A stretch of 64,000 nt of DNA from Octopus sinensis (Eukaryota): the NCBI RefSeq assembly GCF_006345805.1, contig NC_042999.1, positions 148,924,001 to 148,988,000 of the forward strand. Reading direction: 5' to 3'. How positions within the stretch are numbered: position 1 is the stretch's first letter; every line of letters starts with the position of its first letter. Positions 13,307 through 25,294 of this stretch are shown here, piece after piece. The position numbers and the translations under genes were made by a program. Under the pieces are notes generated by a model. The model had not been told where the DNA came from and searched no databases. It was given only the letters and a program-made list of their open reading frames with translations.

Positions 13307-13810
13307 ATGGCAATGAAGATAAGAATCAGCTGCGATGCCGTCAGACCTTTCTGTGGTGAAGGAGATGTAATCACCTGGATCCGTAAGATCAAGGTGGTGG
13401 CCAGGCTACAAGGCATCGATGATGTAGCAGGCCTCACGGCCCTGAACTTGAAAGGATCTGCTAAGCTGGGAACAGGTCGATGAGTGTGCTGCTGAGGTTC
13501 GGAGACTGGTCATGCTATCTGTTTTTACTGGAGAGGGTCTAGAGAAGGAGGCACATCTGGTCTTTGTAAATTGCTTTCCCAACGACATATCACTGTGACT
13601 GCAACAACTGCCAGGTAGTGAGAAAATGACGATGAGCGAGCTCATTGCTCAAGGCCACATGTCAACACAAAACACCAGGCAGAAGGCAGTGGTGTTGGTA
13701 GCTGCAAAAGCCTGTGACGTAGTGCAACAACCGGTAAAGAATGAGGAGGGAAAACTGCCATGGAGCGACAGTGACCATTCATGAGCCGGTGCTTCAAGTG
13801 CCAGGGACGA
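13307..13810 (+). mobile_element. Degenerate LTR-retrotransposon gag-like remnant
   Basis: MAMKIRISCDAVRPFCGEGDVITWIRKIKVVARLQGIDDVAGL..., then after a frameshift VDECAAEVRRLVMLS...FVNCFPNDIS...MSELIAQ, then a broken zinc knuckle RCFKCQG. Confidence 0.55.
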
Positions 13811-14225
13811 AGCCCGGAGCCATTTGTTACTGGTGCAGGTAGACTGGGAATATCACTTGAAACTGTAGCCAGGGAAAAGGCCACAGGAAAGTTGCTGCCT
13901 CTCAAACTTACCCTGCAAGCAAGTAGAGGTGCTTGTGCAGTGGTGACAAATGTTATGATAAATGTGAGTCTTTACTTAATCTTATGATAAATCTTAATCC
14001 TTGACTTGATGTTTCCTTATAAATCTCATATCATTTATACTGTTGTATATTCTCACTAATTATCCTAGCTTATTGAATAAAAGATTTACTTCAAAACTTC
14101 TTATAACACATGTATAATAACAATCCATTAAATCAGTGTTTCACTGAAGGTCATAAATATCTCTGTACAGATATAAAAAAGAATTTTATGGCTTTAGAGT
14201 CTTTGTTAGCCATCTCCTTCATCAA

Positions 14226-14459
14226 TCACGTTACGCTATACATTGAATAAAGGGTCATAACAAGACGTATAACTGGTGACACTAAAACTGTAAACAGGGG
14301 TAGGCTGTAATATTGCAGGTAAAATGTGAAATCTCGAATTGACATGATGTCAAAGATTCTGAGGGTGCCTCGGCTGGATGGGGGTAGACATCTGGTTCGC
14401 CAGTAAAACAGAACATTCTGGAAATATGCTGTATCGTGTTGTTTTGAAAGAATCATTCC
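14226..14459 (-). CDS. Membrane protein last coding exon (TM4)
   Basis: atttctag|GGA ATG...ACG TGA; GMILSKQHDTAYFQNVLFYWRTRCLPP...SLPLFTVLVSPVIRLVMTLYSMYSVT*. Confidence 0.82.
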   Translation of the reverse strand, partial: GMILSKQHDTAYFQNVLFYWRTRCLPPSSRGTLRIFDIMSIRDFTFYLQYYSLPLFTVLVSPVIRLVMTLYSMYSVT

Positions 14460-15016
14460 CTAGAAATAAAATTCGATAAATAATTTAAATTTTATACAAA
14501 CAAACAAATGAAGGTTCATCAACATCATCATCATCGTTTAACGTCCGCTTTCCATGCTAGCATGGGTTGGACGGTTCAACTGGGGTCTGGGGAGCCCGAA
14601 GGCTGCACCAGGCCAGTCAGATCTGGCAGTGTTTCTACAGCTGGATGCCCTTCCTAACGCCAACCACTCCGAGAGTGTAGTGGGTGATTTTAGGTGCCAG
14701 ACGAGGCTGGCGAACGGCCACACTCGGATGGTGTTTTTTATGTGCCACCGACACAGGTGCCAGACGAGGCTATACAAAATACTTCTTCAAAACTGATCTG
14801 ATATTTAACATTCAAAATGGTGTATATGCACACACATATACAATTTCCCCCCATGTTGTCTAAACTCTGAACTCTGTCTGAAATGTCAGAAACTCTATTT
14901 CCAATGGCAATTTTATCTCTACTCTTTCTGTCACATTTTTCAAACAACACAGGTCTTGCTGAAGGAGAACCCTACCAAATCTTCTGCCGTTTTGTTTGAT
15001 ATACAAATACACACTC

Positions 15017-15053
<37 letters not shown>

Positions 15054-18000
15054 GTTGAAATTTATAGTGAAACAAAAGACGAAAACAGGTGTATGAACAA
15101 CCAAATGCATTAGTTTGATGCTTGGGAAAATGAAAAAGTTTTTTATGTTTCGAGCCTACACTCTTCAACAGAAAGGAGTAAGAGAAAATAAAGAGAGAAT
15201 GAAAAAACTTGTAGATTTCAGCAGTTCAACATGGTGTGTGTGTGTATGGGTGAGGACAGTTGTGTAAAGAAGTGCCAATTTCTAACTGTGGAGGGAACCT
15301 GTGGTAGAGGTAAAGCCAGGAAGACATGGGACGAGGTAGTGAAGCATGACCATCAAACTTTGGGCCTCACAGAGGCAATAATTAGTGACCAAGACCTTTG
15401 GTAATATGCCATGCTTGAGAAGACCCATCAAGCCAAGTGAAATTGTAGCCATGGCCACTGCTGGTGTCACGTAACTGGTACGTAAAGAGCATATTTTGAA
15501 TGTTGGGCATCAAGGTGGCAATTACAAATGACCGAGACCTTTGGTATCATGCTGTGCTTGAGAAGTCCTGTCAAGCCAAGTTAAACCATAGTTGTGGAGA
15601 TACTGGTCATGCAAATGGCACTTGTGCCAGTGGAACCCATTACATTCTAGGAGTGGTTGACATTAGGAAGGGCATGAAGCTGTAGAAATCATGTCAAATT
15701 AGACTAGAGTCTGGTGCAGCCCCTCAGCTTACTAGCCTTGGTCAAACTGTCCAACCCATGCCAACATGGACAATGGACATTAAATGATGATGATGATGTG
15801 TGTATGTGTGTGTATTTTACATATATGTTCATTTATCTACATGTGTTTTCATGCTTGCATGTTGCATGAACATTTTATTTAAGGTAGTCTTTTATAGCTG
15901 GATGCACTTCCTGATGCTAACCTTCACCTGTTTTGCAAAGAAGAGATCACTTATTCTACACAGCTTTAAAGGCATGAAGTATCTGGATGATTTTTTGACA
16001 GGACAAACAGAGCAGAACACTGCCCGTCATACTTTCTCACATGCAATTGTATATATAAACAAGCACACAGATATATATGCAAGCATAAACAGACAGACAT
16101 ATACATACATAAAACAGTCGTTTCAGTATTTCTCTACCAAATTCACTCACAAGGCTTAGGCCAGCCTGTGGCTATAGTAGAAGGCATTGCTCAAAGTGTT
16201 GCACAGTGGGACTGAACCAAAAATGATGTGGTTGGAAAGCAAACATCTCAACCACATGGCCATGTCTACACCAATGTAAACTCATTCTCATTAAAGATAA
16301 AACCACGCAAGAAATTATTACTAATAATTACCATAACTTCGTTTAAATAGTGGACATTCGATTCAATCAAGCCCTCTAGGTTCTGAGCAGATTTCAAGAG
16401 AAACAGCATCAAAGCAGTCCAGCAGATAATGACAGCCAATATGGAAACCCTGGAATACATAATTAATAGAAATGTGAATCTTCCCATGAAACAATTTGCT
16501 CTTTTTCCACTTATGTATTTTTAACCCTTTTGTTACCATATTTCTTATCAAGATGCTCTGTATTTCTTCCAATTAATTTACAATATAACAAAGAATTTAG
16601 TAAAATAACTTAGTTATCATTAAGCTAGGGTTAGGAACATAAATTGTGACTAAGGTTTGGTGGAAGATTTTAATTCAGAGCTTTTGAAAACAAGACATTT
16701 GTACTACAGAGCCAGAGGCAGTTTCAGCCAGATTGGTATCAAAAGGGTTAAATAACATCATACAATATTGTCATAAACTTTTCGTTTTTTTTTATTATTA
16801 AATGTTGATAATTATTTTAGTAACCATGAGATACATACAAAATATATTTTATTGTTTTCAGGTTTATATTTAAAAATAATTTGCTATATTTAGACCTGAA
16901 GATTCATAAAAGGTTGGTCTGCTAATCCTCTTCAGCTCATAAGGATCCATAGGACTAAGCATGTAATTATGATATCTATAGTGTAATCAGCCTTGTCACA
17001 TTTTATGTGTCATGCTGAACCTCCATGAGAACTATGTTAAGGGTATGCAGGTTTGTGGAGTGCTCAGTCACTCACATATTAATTTTACGTGTAGACTGTT
17101 TCATTGATTGGATCAAGTGGTACCCTTGTCATCATAACCAACAGAATGCCAGTAGTGTAGGGCTAATGCTCCTACCTAAAAAAATAGCACAAGCTCTAAT
17201 TGGGAAGAGTACCTGTTGAAGGGTAGACCCAGCAAGATGTGAGTCGGAGTAGTGAGAAAGGATCTTCGGAAGCTGGGCCTCACTGAGGAAATGACAAGTT
17301 ACAGGGAGATGTGGTGATTAGTTGTACTTGATAAGACTTGTCAAGCTAAGAAAAGTTGCTGTCTTCCACACATACAGGCTTGTACTTTCAGGTGTTGGCG
17401 CCACTTAAAAATCACTCATGCTGGTGTTGCATTAATGCACCTGTACTGGCACTACATTAATGCATCCAGCACATTCTGCTAAGTGACTGGCGTTAGGAAG
17501 GACATCCAGCCGTAGAAACCATGCCACAACAGACAGTTGGAGTTTGGATAACTCTCTGCTGGCCAGCTCCAGGTCAAACATCCAACCTACAGCAGCATGG
17601 AGAGCAGATGTTAAATGATCAGGATGATGATTATGGGAGCATCAAAGACAATTCAAAACCAACAAGACTGAGACGAGGAAAAGAGGAGAAAAGTCACCGA
17701 AAGCCTATGTTCTATATGAAGCAAAGGGTTTAAATAAGTATTCTATTTGAGGCTCTAATAATTCTGCCAATTTACCTCCATTAACAATTTCAATTAGTCA
17801 GAGCTGGAACTGGTTACAGTAAAAGTATAGTAGCTAGGGTAAGGAGAAGTGCAGAGGATGTATAGTCAGCACTGGCATTGACCACGCTCGAATGGTGCTT
17901 TTTACATGTCACTGGCACAGGAGCCAGTCAGGAGGCACTAGCATCAACGACGCTTGAACGATGCTTTTTACATGCCACTGGCATGGGAGCCAGTCAGGCA

Positions 18001-19904
18001 GCACTGCCATCGACCATGCTCGAGTGATGCTTTTTATGTGCCACTGGCATGGGAGCTAGTCAGGCAGCACTAGCATTGACCATATTTGAATGGTGCTTCT
18101 TATGTACCACTGGCATGGGAGGCAGTCAGGAGGCACTGGCATCGACCATACTTGAATGGTGTTTTTTATGTGCCACCAGCACTGGCATCATACCAAGTAG
18201 AAAAAAAAAAGGAAAATTTATCTGATGACTCAGTTTAAAAAGTTATCAAAGAATCACACCTATTTCTTTACTATCCACAAGGGGCTACAAACAGAGAGAA
18301 CAAACAAGGACAGACAAACGGATTAAGTCGATTATATTGACCCCAGTGCATAACTGGTACTTATTTAATCGACACTGAAAGGATGAAAGGCAAAGTCAAC
18401 CTCGGCAGAATTTGAACTCAGAACGTAGTGGCAGACGAAATACCACTAAGCATTTTGCCCGGCATGCTAATGATTCTGCCAGCTTGCCGCTTCAAAGAAT
18501 CACACCACCATCTCATTCTATTTGGTGAAAATACAATTTTGCTGTATTTTTCAGAAAGTAATAAATAGAAAAAAAAAACCCCACATATAGATACAGATTT
18601 AAATAGATATCAATGAGTCATACCATCGTCTGATTCTGTTTGGTGACAATTTGTTTTTAGCATAAATACTTTCAAAGAGGTAATAAAACAGAAGCATAAC
18701 ACCACATATGTACAACAAAATATAGATTTGGTAACGCCGAGAGGGATGTGACATATCAAATGATTCAGTTATCTCTGCCTAAAAGAAGAAAAGAGAATTA
18801 TATTTACTTCACATACCATATTATCAAAACTGTTATCATCATCATCAACAACAACAGTGTTATTTTCACATGCTTTCTTTTTAATGCTACAAAGGACTGG
18901 GTGTCTCTTCCTGCAATTAGATCTTTCATTATAGACATAGGTATGGATGCACAATCACCTGGCTGCAAAGTGAAATTTGCAACCAGGTGATTCTATTTTT
19001 GATATCACTGTGCAACATCTCGGAAAGTGTCTTCTACTACAGCATCAGATTAGCCAATACATCATGAGTGGAATTTGGCAGATGGAAACTGTGTAGAAGC
19101 TTGTCACGTGTGTGTGAATCTATCTATCTATCTATCTATATAAATATATATATAAATTAGAAAAAAACCCACCTTTTATCAATTCAATAATGAAAAATTA
19201 AATTATTCCATTTAGAAAAATTACATATTATAGAAAGATTAGATATAAGATAAAAGACATAACAATGATTAAGTAATGTGCAAAATAATAAACAAACCAT
19301 ACATATTTGGTAAAATATATTTGTTATTCTACCAAATGTATACAGTTTATAATATAATATAATATATAATTTTTCTAAATGGTATAATTTAATTTTTCAT
19401 TATTGAATTGATAAAAGGTGTTTTTTTTCCTAATTTATATATATTTTGTGAAATTTGATTTAGTATTTCTAAATTTAATTTTTCCCTGTAAGTTTGGAAT
19501 AATATTCCCTCATATATATATATACCTGTGTCGGTGGCACATAAAAAACACCATCCGAGCGTGGCCGTCTGCCAGCCTCGTCTGGCACCTGTGTCGGTGG
19601 CACATAAAAAAACACCATCCGAGCGTGGCCGTCTGCCAGCCTCGTCTGGCACCTGTGTCGGTGGCACATAAAAAAACACCATCCGAGCGTGGCCGTCTGC
19701 AGCCTCGTCTGGCACCTGTGTCGGTGGCACATAAAATCACCCACTACACTCTCGGAGTGGTTGGCGTTAGGAAGGGCATCCAGCTGTAGAAACACTGCCA
19801 CATCTGACTGGCCTGGTGCAGCCTTCGGGCTTCCAGACCCCAGTTGAACCGTCCAACCCATGCTAGCATGGAAAGCGGACGTTAAACGATGATGATGATG
19901 ATGA

Positions 19905-19938
<34 letters not shown>

Positions 19939-22836
19939 CTTTTCTTTTACTTGTTTTAATCATTGGACTGCAGCCATGCTGGAGCACTGCCTTGAAGGAT
20001 TTAGTTGGACAAATTTCATCCCCTTAGTACTTATTCTATTGGTTACTTTTGCCTAACTGCTAAATTATAGGGATGTAAACAAACCAATGGTGGGGGACAA
20101 ACACATACTCATATACATACAGGGCATTTGAGCTAAATTTGATGATCTTTTTGCCTTCTTTTTTTCAGAACAGCTTGATGCATTGGTGAACAGTGAATGG
20201 TATTGTAGAGCATAAAGATTAAAGTCGTAGTTGAGAAAAAGTTAGCTGATATGGAGGACTGGAAACCATCTGAATATTGGAAAAAAATTATTTGCATCAT
20301 GATTTGCACTGGGCATTAAAATGCTGACATCATGACTACTGCTCAATGCTCTGTGAACACTGTATAGGCTGTAAGACAAGATACAGACAGCAGCAATGGA
20401 GATTAGAAAACCATGGCCAGCAGAAGAGGCCACAACTGACTCTGACTGTGTCCACACACCGGAATTCGTCCTCACATCTTTGAATAAGGCCTTAGGTTCA
20501 ATTCAGACAGCTATGTGAAGCTACTGGAGATTGGAGTCAATTCCTGTTTGGAGAAGGTTGTTGTTGATGTCCATGGGGTCAGTATATGACTAGAGTTATA
20601 TTCAAGTTTCTGTGGAATTATGTAAATGAGAAGAAATCTTTTCTAGGAGAGGACAGCAGTTTAGTGCAGTGGACCTCTACCAACTGTTAAGATAGAGTGT
20701 CTCACTAAATACACAATAAAACAGCTGCAATAAATTTGACTTATTACTTAAGTCTTTTGTCTCCAATGAAGCATTGGCCATTGATGTTTTTGTTCCATTG
20801 TTCTTGACTCTGGCCTGCCTTTCTACCTCTTTTGTGGGTTCGTGTGTTTTTCTGAGGGAATGCTTTCCTCTCCCATGCCTTGCTGATTTTAAATTATCAT
20901 AAATGCTTCTGTGTGGCCCTATACACATCCATTTTAACCACTTGGAAGTGGTGGCCCATATTATTCTAGCCTCTATGCTTTGACCTGTCCAGCACAGGAG
21001 GTATTACCAGGAGTTTGTGCTCAGCTAGCATAGCTCTCAAGGTCATCGAGACACACAAGCCATAAGGACTGGACCTCATGGTAGAAAAGATTTGAGCACA
21101 TGACCTACGAATGGACAATTCAATACCTTATTCACATTGTCATTTACCATTGAAATTTGAAAAGAAATACTCACCAACAAATTTTAAATTATCATAGAGT
21201 AGCCCTATACAGATCCATTTTTAACCACTCGGAAGTGGTGGCCCATATTATTCTAGCCTCTATGCTTTGACCTGTCCAGCACAGGAGGTATTACCAGGAG
21301 TTTGTGCTCAGCTAGCATAGCTCTCAAGGTCATCGAGACACACAAGCCATAAGGACTGGACCTTGTGGTGGAAGAGATTTGAGCACATGATCTACGAACA
21401 GACAGTTCAATACCTTATTCACATTGTCATTTACCATTGAAATTTGAAAAGAAATACTCACCAACAAATTTAGAAAATCTGCATGCCAGAAGACTACACT
21501 GTCGTGGAATTTGTTGTAATCAGAAGATATTAAAATTGGATGACTGATGGAAAAATTATTTAGTTTCTCAGATAACATCTGTAATTTTGTAAATGTATAA
21601 CCTGAAAGAAAAGATAATGATACTTAGAGTACTGACCTCAGTTTTAATCTTCCACCAAAATTTCATATTAATTTATGTTCCAAAAACCAGCTTAATGTTT
21701 ATAGTAATTTCATTAAATTCACCAATACCAATGCCATATAAAAAGGACCCATGCCATCATCATCATCATCGTTTAACGTCCGTTTTCCATGCTAGCATGG
21801 GTTGGACAGTTCGACCGGGGTCTGGGAAGCCAGGAGGCTGCATCAGGCTCCAGTCTGATCTGGTGGTGTTTCTACAACTGGATGCCCTTCCTAACGCCAA
21901 CCATTCCGTGAGTGTAGTGGGTGCTTTTTACGTGCCACCGGCACGGAAGCCAGTCAGGGTGGCAAGCATCTGTGCCAACTCCATGTAAAGAGCACCTGTT
22001 CCAGTGCCACATAATATGCACTCATGCCGGCGCTACATAAAAGGCATCAATACACTCTGTAAAATAGCTGGCATTAGGAAGAGCATCAAGCCATAGAAAC
22101 CATGCCAAAACAGATGAATGGAACCTGGTGCAGCTCTCCAGCTGGCTGGCTTCTGTCAAACCAACCAACCCATGCTTACATGGAAAACAGGTGTTAAATT
22201 ATGAATTTCCATTATTTTCAAAATTAATTGAAATAAAGGCAGTGCATTTCAACAGAAATACGGTAACAAAAGGGTTAATGAAATAAAGTTTCTTACCATG
22301 AATTTTGAAAAAGAAGTAGGCAGCAACAAAAATGAGGATAATGAAAAGGGTTATCAGTTGGAGTAGGTCAAACTTGTTTAATCTCATCTTTGCCATATCT
22401 GGCCAAATGGAGACACCACCACCAACAGCAAGTTTATTGGAATTTTGTTTGGCAGCAGCATGTTTATCAATAAGTATTTTACGTTTTTCTTCAATAGGTC
22501 GACCTGTAAGATATGAGTGTATTATAACCATAAAATGTTAATTTGTTTTCTGTAGTTCAAAGTGCCGATTACCACTCCACTCTTTCTGTACTAAAATGAT
22601 CCAATGAGAGAGAGAGAGAGTGAGTCACATCACAAGCATGCAATCTGCTAGAAATAGCAGCCAAATCTCTCTCAAATCACATATTACTATCTTGAAAAAA
22701 GGGACGGACATATTGGATAAATAATAGTGTAGCAAATGGGGGTGGGGGCAATGGTTGAAGGCCCACTTCAGATGGCACTTTTAATGGGGTGACCGTTTTG
22801 AGTCTAATCTCTCTTTCTGTGCTAAAATGATCCAAT

Positions 22837-22872
<36 letters not shown>

Positions 22873-23410
22873 TCACATTACAAGCATGCAATCTGCTAGA
22901 AATAGCAGCCAAATCTCTCTCAAATCGCCTTACTATCTTGAAAAAAAGGAAGGGCATACTGGATAAATAATAGTGTAGCTGGTGGGGGTGGGGGCAATGG
23001 TTGAAGGCCTCCTTCAGATGGCACTTTTAATGGGGTGACTGTTTTGGGTCTAATCTCTTTAATGCCTAGTAAATTTATAAGAAAACAGCAAAACAAAACA
23101 AAAAGACAATAAAATTTTTTGCTTTACCTGGTGTAAGTCGTAACTGTGCTAAAGTAGGACTCACAGTTTTCTTTGAATAACCAAGTCGTGTCTTTGATTC
23201 TAATTCCTCCAGAAATTTCTGTTTGATTATATAAAAATCAATTTCTGAAGACTCTGGTGGTTCTTGTTTCTTGGACCTGTGTCTAGGCTCTGAAGCAGTT
23301 ACAGTTAATGTAGGAGTGCTTAGACTGGCTTCTCTTCTCATGGGAGTACTAGACTTGTGTGATATACAAGCGGTTGAAGAAAATTCTCGTTCTCTACAGC
23401 TAGTCCGCAT
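14226..23410 (-). CDS. Uncharacterised 378-aa multi-pass (about 4 TM) membrane protein, complete 6-exon CDS
   Basis: Exons 23128-23410, 22297-22503, 21462-21601, 18624-18778, 16332-16449 and 14226-14459 are all GT-AG with matching phases (1,1,0,2,0) and total 1137 nt open. An in-frame stop precedes the ATG. Four hydrophobic segments. Confidence 0.85.
14523..14771. mobile_element. SINE-like repeat with (CAT)n end; major family, more than 20 copies in the window
   Basis: (CAT)nCGTTTAACGTCCGCTTTCCATGCTAGCATGGGTTGGACGG...GGATGCCCTTCCTAACGCCAACCACTC. Other copies near 370, 890, 21755, 24505, 31630, 36360, 40470, 43935, 46830, 47760, 53000, 56640, 60780, 62340. Confidence 0.85.
16332..16449 (-). 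CDS. Membrane protein exon 5 (TM3)
   Basis: ttccag|G GTT...GTT ATG|gtaatt; WVSILAVIICWTALMLFLLKSAQNLEGLIESNVHYLNEVM. Confidence 0.8.
16521..16751. mobile_element. piggyBac-type MITE (TTAA TSD, CCCTTT TIRs)
   Basis: TTAA-CCCTTT...AAAGGG-TTAA; further copies at 23637-23865, 45724-45949, 45973-46200, 47221-47425 and 48996-49224. Confidence 0.85.
18261..18491 (-). mobile_element. tRNA-derived SINE (second family; central GCCTTTCATCCTTTCGGGGTCGAT domain resembling MetaSINE-type cores)
   Basis: 15-bp TSD TCAAAGAATCACACC (18246-18260 and 18492-18506). Other copies near 10206-10437, 35050-35460, 38950-39160, 49700-50550, 52530-52950, 55845-56055, 61225-61550. Confidence 0.85.
18624..18778 (-). CDS. 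Membrane protein exon 4 (TM2)
   Basis: cttttag|GCA GAG...CGA TG|gtatga; AEITESFDMSHPSRRYQIYILLYICGVMLLFYYLFESIYAKNKLSPNRIRR. Confidence 0.85.
19525..19905. mobile_element. Young SINE copy with an internal ~62-bp tandem array, inverted relative to 14523-14771
   Basis: About 3.5 near-identical units CACCTGTGTCGGTGGCACATAAAAAACACCATCCGAGCGTGGCCGTCTGCCAGCCTCGTCTGG followed by the family core and a (GAT)n end. Confidence 0.85.
20886..21470. repeat. ~290-bp tandem duplication overlapping the exon-3 donor
   Basis: 20886-21183 is nearly identical to 21181-21470. Confidence 0.9.
21462..21601 (-). CDS. Membrane protein exon 3
   Basis: ctttcag|GT TAT...TTG TTG|gtgagt; YTFTKLQMLSEK...FWHADFLNLL. Confidence 0.85.
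22297..22503 (-). CDS. Membrane protein exon 2 (TM1)
   Basis: cttacag|GT CGA...CAT G|gtaaga; LLQLITLFIILIFVAAYFFF. Confidence 0.85.
22580..23060. repeat. ~235-bp tandem duplication in intron 1 of the membrane-protein gene
   Basis: CTCTTTCTGT(A/G)CTAAAATGATCCAATG(AG)n...GTCTAATCTC occurs twice, with different (AG)n lengths. Confidence 0.9.
23128..23410 (-). CDS. Membrane protein exon 1
   Basis: MRTSCRERE...LAQLRLTP G|gtaaag; upstream acceptor ttattcag near 23457. Confidence 0.8.
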
Positions 23411-25294
23411 CTTGGTAAGATATGATCATCTCTGATACAAGCCAGATAAATATTTCTGAATAAAGAATCAAAAACAAATTTAAGAGTTAATAATAGTGGT
23501 TCTCTTCACAAATCTTATGATTGGTGGAAATGATCAGAAAGACAACCAGCACTCCATTGCTTGATCCAACCAATGGAACAGCCTGTTTGTGAAATTAATG
23601 TGCAAGTGGCTGAGCAATCCATAGACACATGTACCCTTAACCCTTTCGTTACTAACCTGGCTGAAACTGGTCTTCACTCTGTAGTACAAATTCTTTGTTT
23701 TCAAAAGTTCTGAATTAAAATCTTTCACCAAACCTTAGTCACAATTAATGTTCCTAACACTAGCTGAATGATAACTAAGTAATTTTACTAAATTCTTTGT
23801 TACATTTAAAATAATTGAGAGAAAAACAGAGAATCTCAAAATAAATACAGTAATGAAAGGGTTAATGTAGTTCTCAGGGAGGTATAGTGAGACACAGAAT
23901 GTGACAAGGCTGGCCCTTTGAAATACAGGTACAACATTTTTTCACCAGCCAAGTGGACAGGAGCAACTTGAAATAAAGTATCTTGCTCAAGGACACAATG
24001 CACTGCTAGGAATTGAACTCACAACTTTGTGATCATGAGCCAAATACCCTAACCACTAAGCCATGCACCTTCACAGGAAGACAACACATTGCAGCATTTA
24101 GTTTTGTTTCTTCAATTTCTAAGTTTAAGCCTTTAAAATAATAAAGTAAATGCGCCCTTTTTAAAGCCTAGCCAGGCTCATGGGTCCGTTTTCCCGGTTT
24201 CTATGGCATATGTGTTCCCCAGCTGGACAGGACACCAGTCCATTGCAGTGTTACTCATTTTTGCCAGCTGAGTGGACTGGAGCAACGTGAAATGAAGTGT
24301 TTTTCTCAAGAACACAATGCGTTGTTCGGTCCAGGAATCGAAACCACAATCTTACGATCATGATGCTGACACCCTAACCACTAAGCCACGTGCCTCCAAG
24401 TTTAAGCCTTTAGCATTCAGATTATTCTATCAAATGTAAAGCTTATGCATTTACATTGTCATAAATTAATCATGCATTATCTTGTAACTTTGAGATTTTG
24501 ATGATGATGGTAGTTTAATATCCGCTTTCTATGCTGGCATGGGTTGGACAATTTGACTGAGGACTGACAAACCAGTAGACAGCACCAGGTTCTAATCTGA
24601 TCTAGCAAGGTTTCTACAGCTGAATGCCTTTCCTGATGGCAACCACTCCGAGAATGTAGTGGGTGCTTTTTACGTGCCACTGGCATGGGAGCCTGTCAGG
24701 TGGCACTGGCAACAGCCATGATTTTAGGTGTGAGAGGCTGGTTCTCACCGGTTTGAATGCTAAAGTGTTAAAATTAATAGATTAATTTATTAGTGGAGCA
24801 CTGAACTAAATTTTAAAAGTTAGTCAAGGAAATATGGGCAGTGTCCAAGAACTTAACAGGCCCATTCAGACTGTTGCAGTGTACCCCGCCCTCGATATGT
24901 GCAAGTAAATGTCTCGAGGAAAAATATAGGCAGGAAGGAAATTGGTGTCTGGTTGAATGCCTGCACCAGAGTGGACTCTGTTAAAGACATCAAAAGACCA
25001 GGTAATGATGTTAAATCATGCAGCTTAATGTCATTATTTGTTAGCATATTACCATTGTTTGATATATCAAAGAGTGACAATCAAATTATATAAATTACTT
25101 AAGAATAGTAATACAAATTGCACATCTATGTATATTATGTGTTTAGGTTGAACATGTTTCTGTATATGCTCAGGAAACATTTTCTAATCTGGTATGAATC
25201 ATAACAGATATTGCTGGTGCAAGATCAACAACTTCTCATAGGAGCCAATATGTGTTTGGTTCACTTGCTAGAAATAGTAACCAAATTCCTTTCA

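Noticed and set aside
19525-19740. CRISPR-like regular repeats
   Set aside because: Units are contiguous with no unique spacers; eukaryotic SINE context; no cas genes
19389-19987. Longest ORFs in the track (up to 170 aa) with repeated peptides
   Set aside because: They are translations of a SINE internal tandem array and microsatellites, open in several frames, with no splice or homology support
20680-20725. Alternative phase 0-to-2 exon (LFYCVFSETLYLNSW) for the membrane-protein gene
   Set aside because: Weak donor (GTAGAG) and poor pyrimidine tract; 18624-18778 fits far better
24853-25093. Overlapping ORFs upstream of the membrane-protein ATG
   Set aside because: The in-frame stop before ATG 23410 excludes an N-terminal extension; no convincing splice sites
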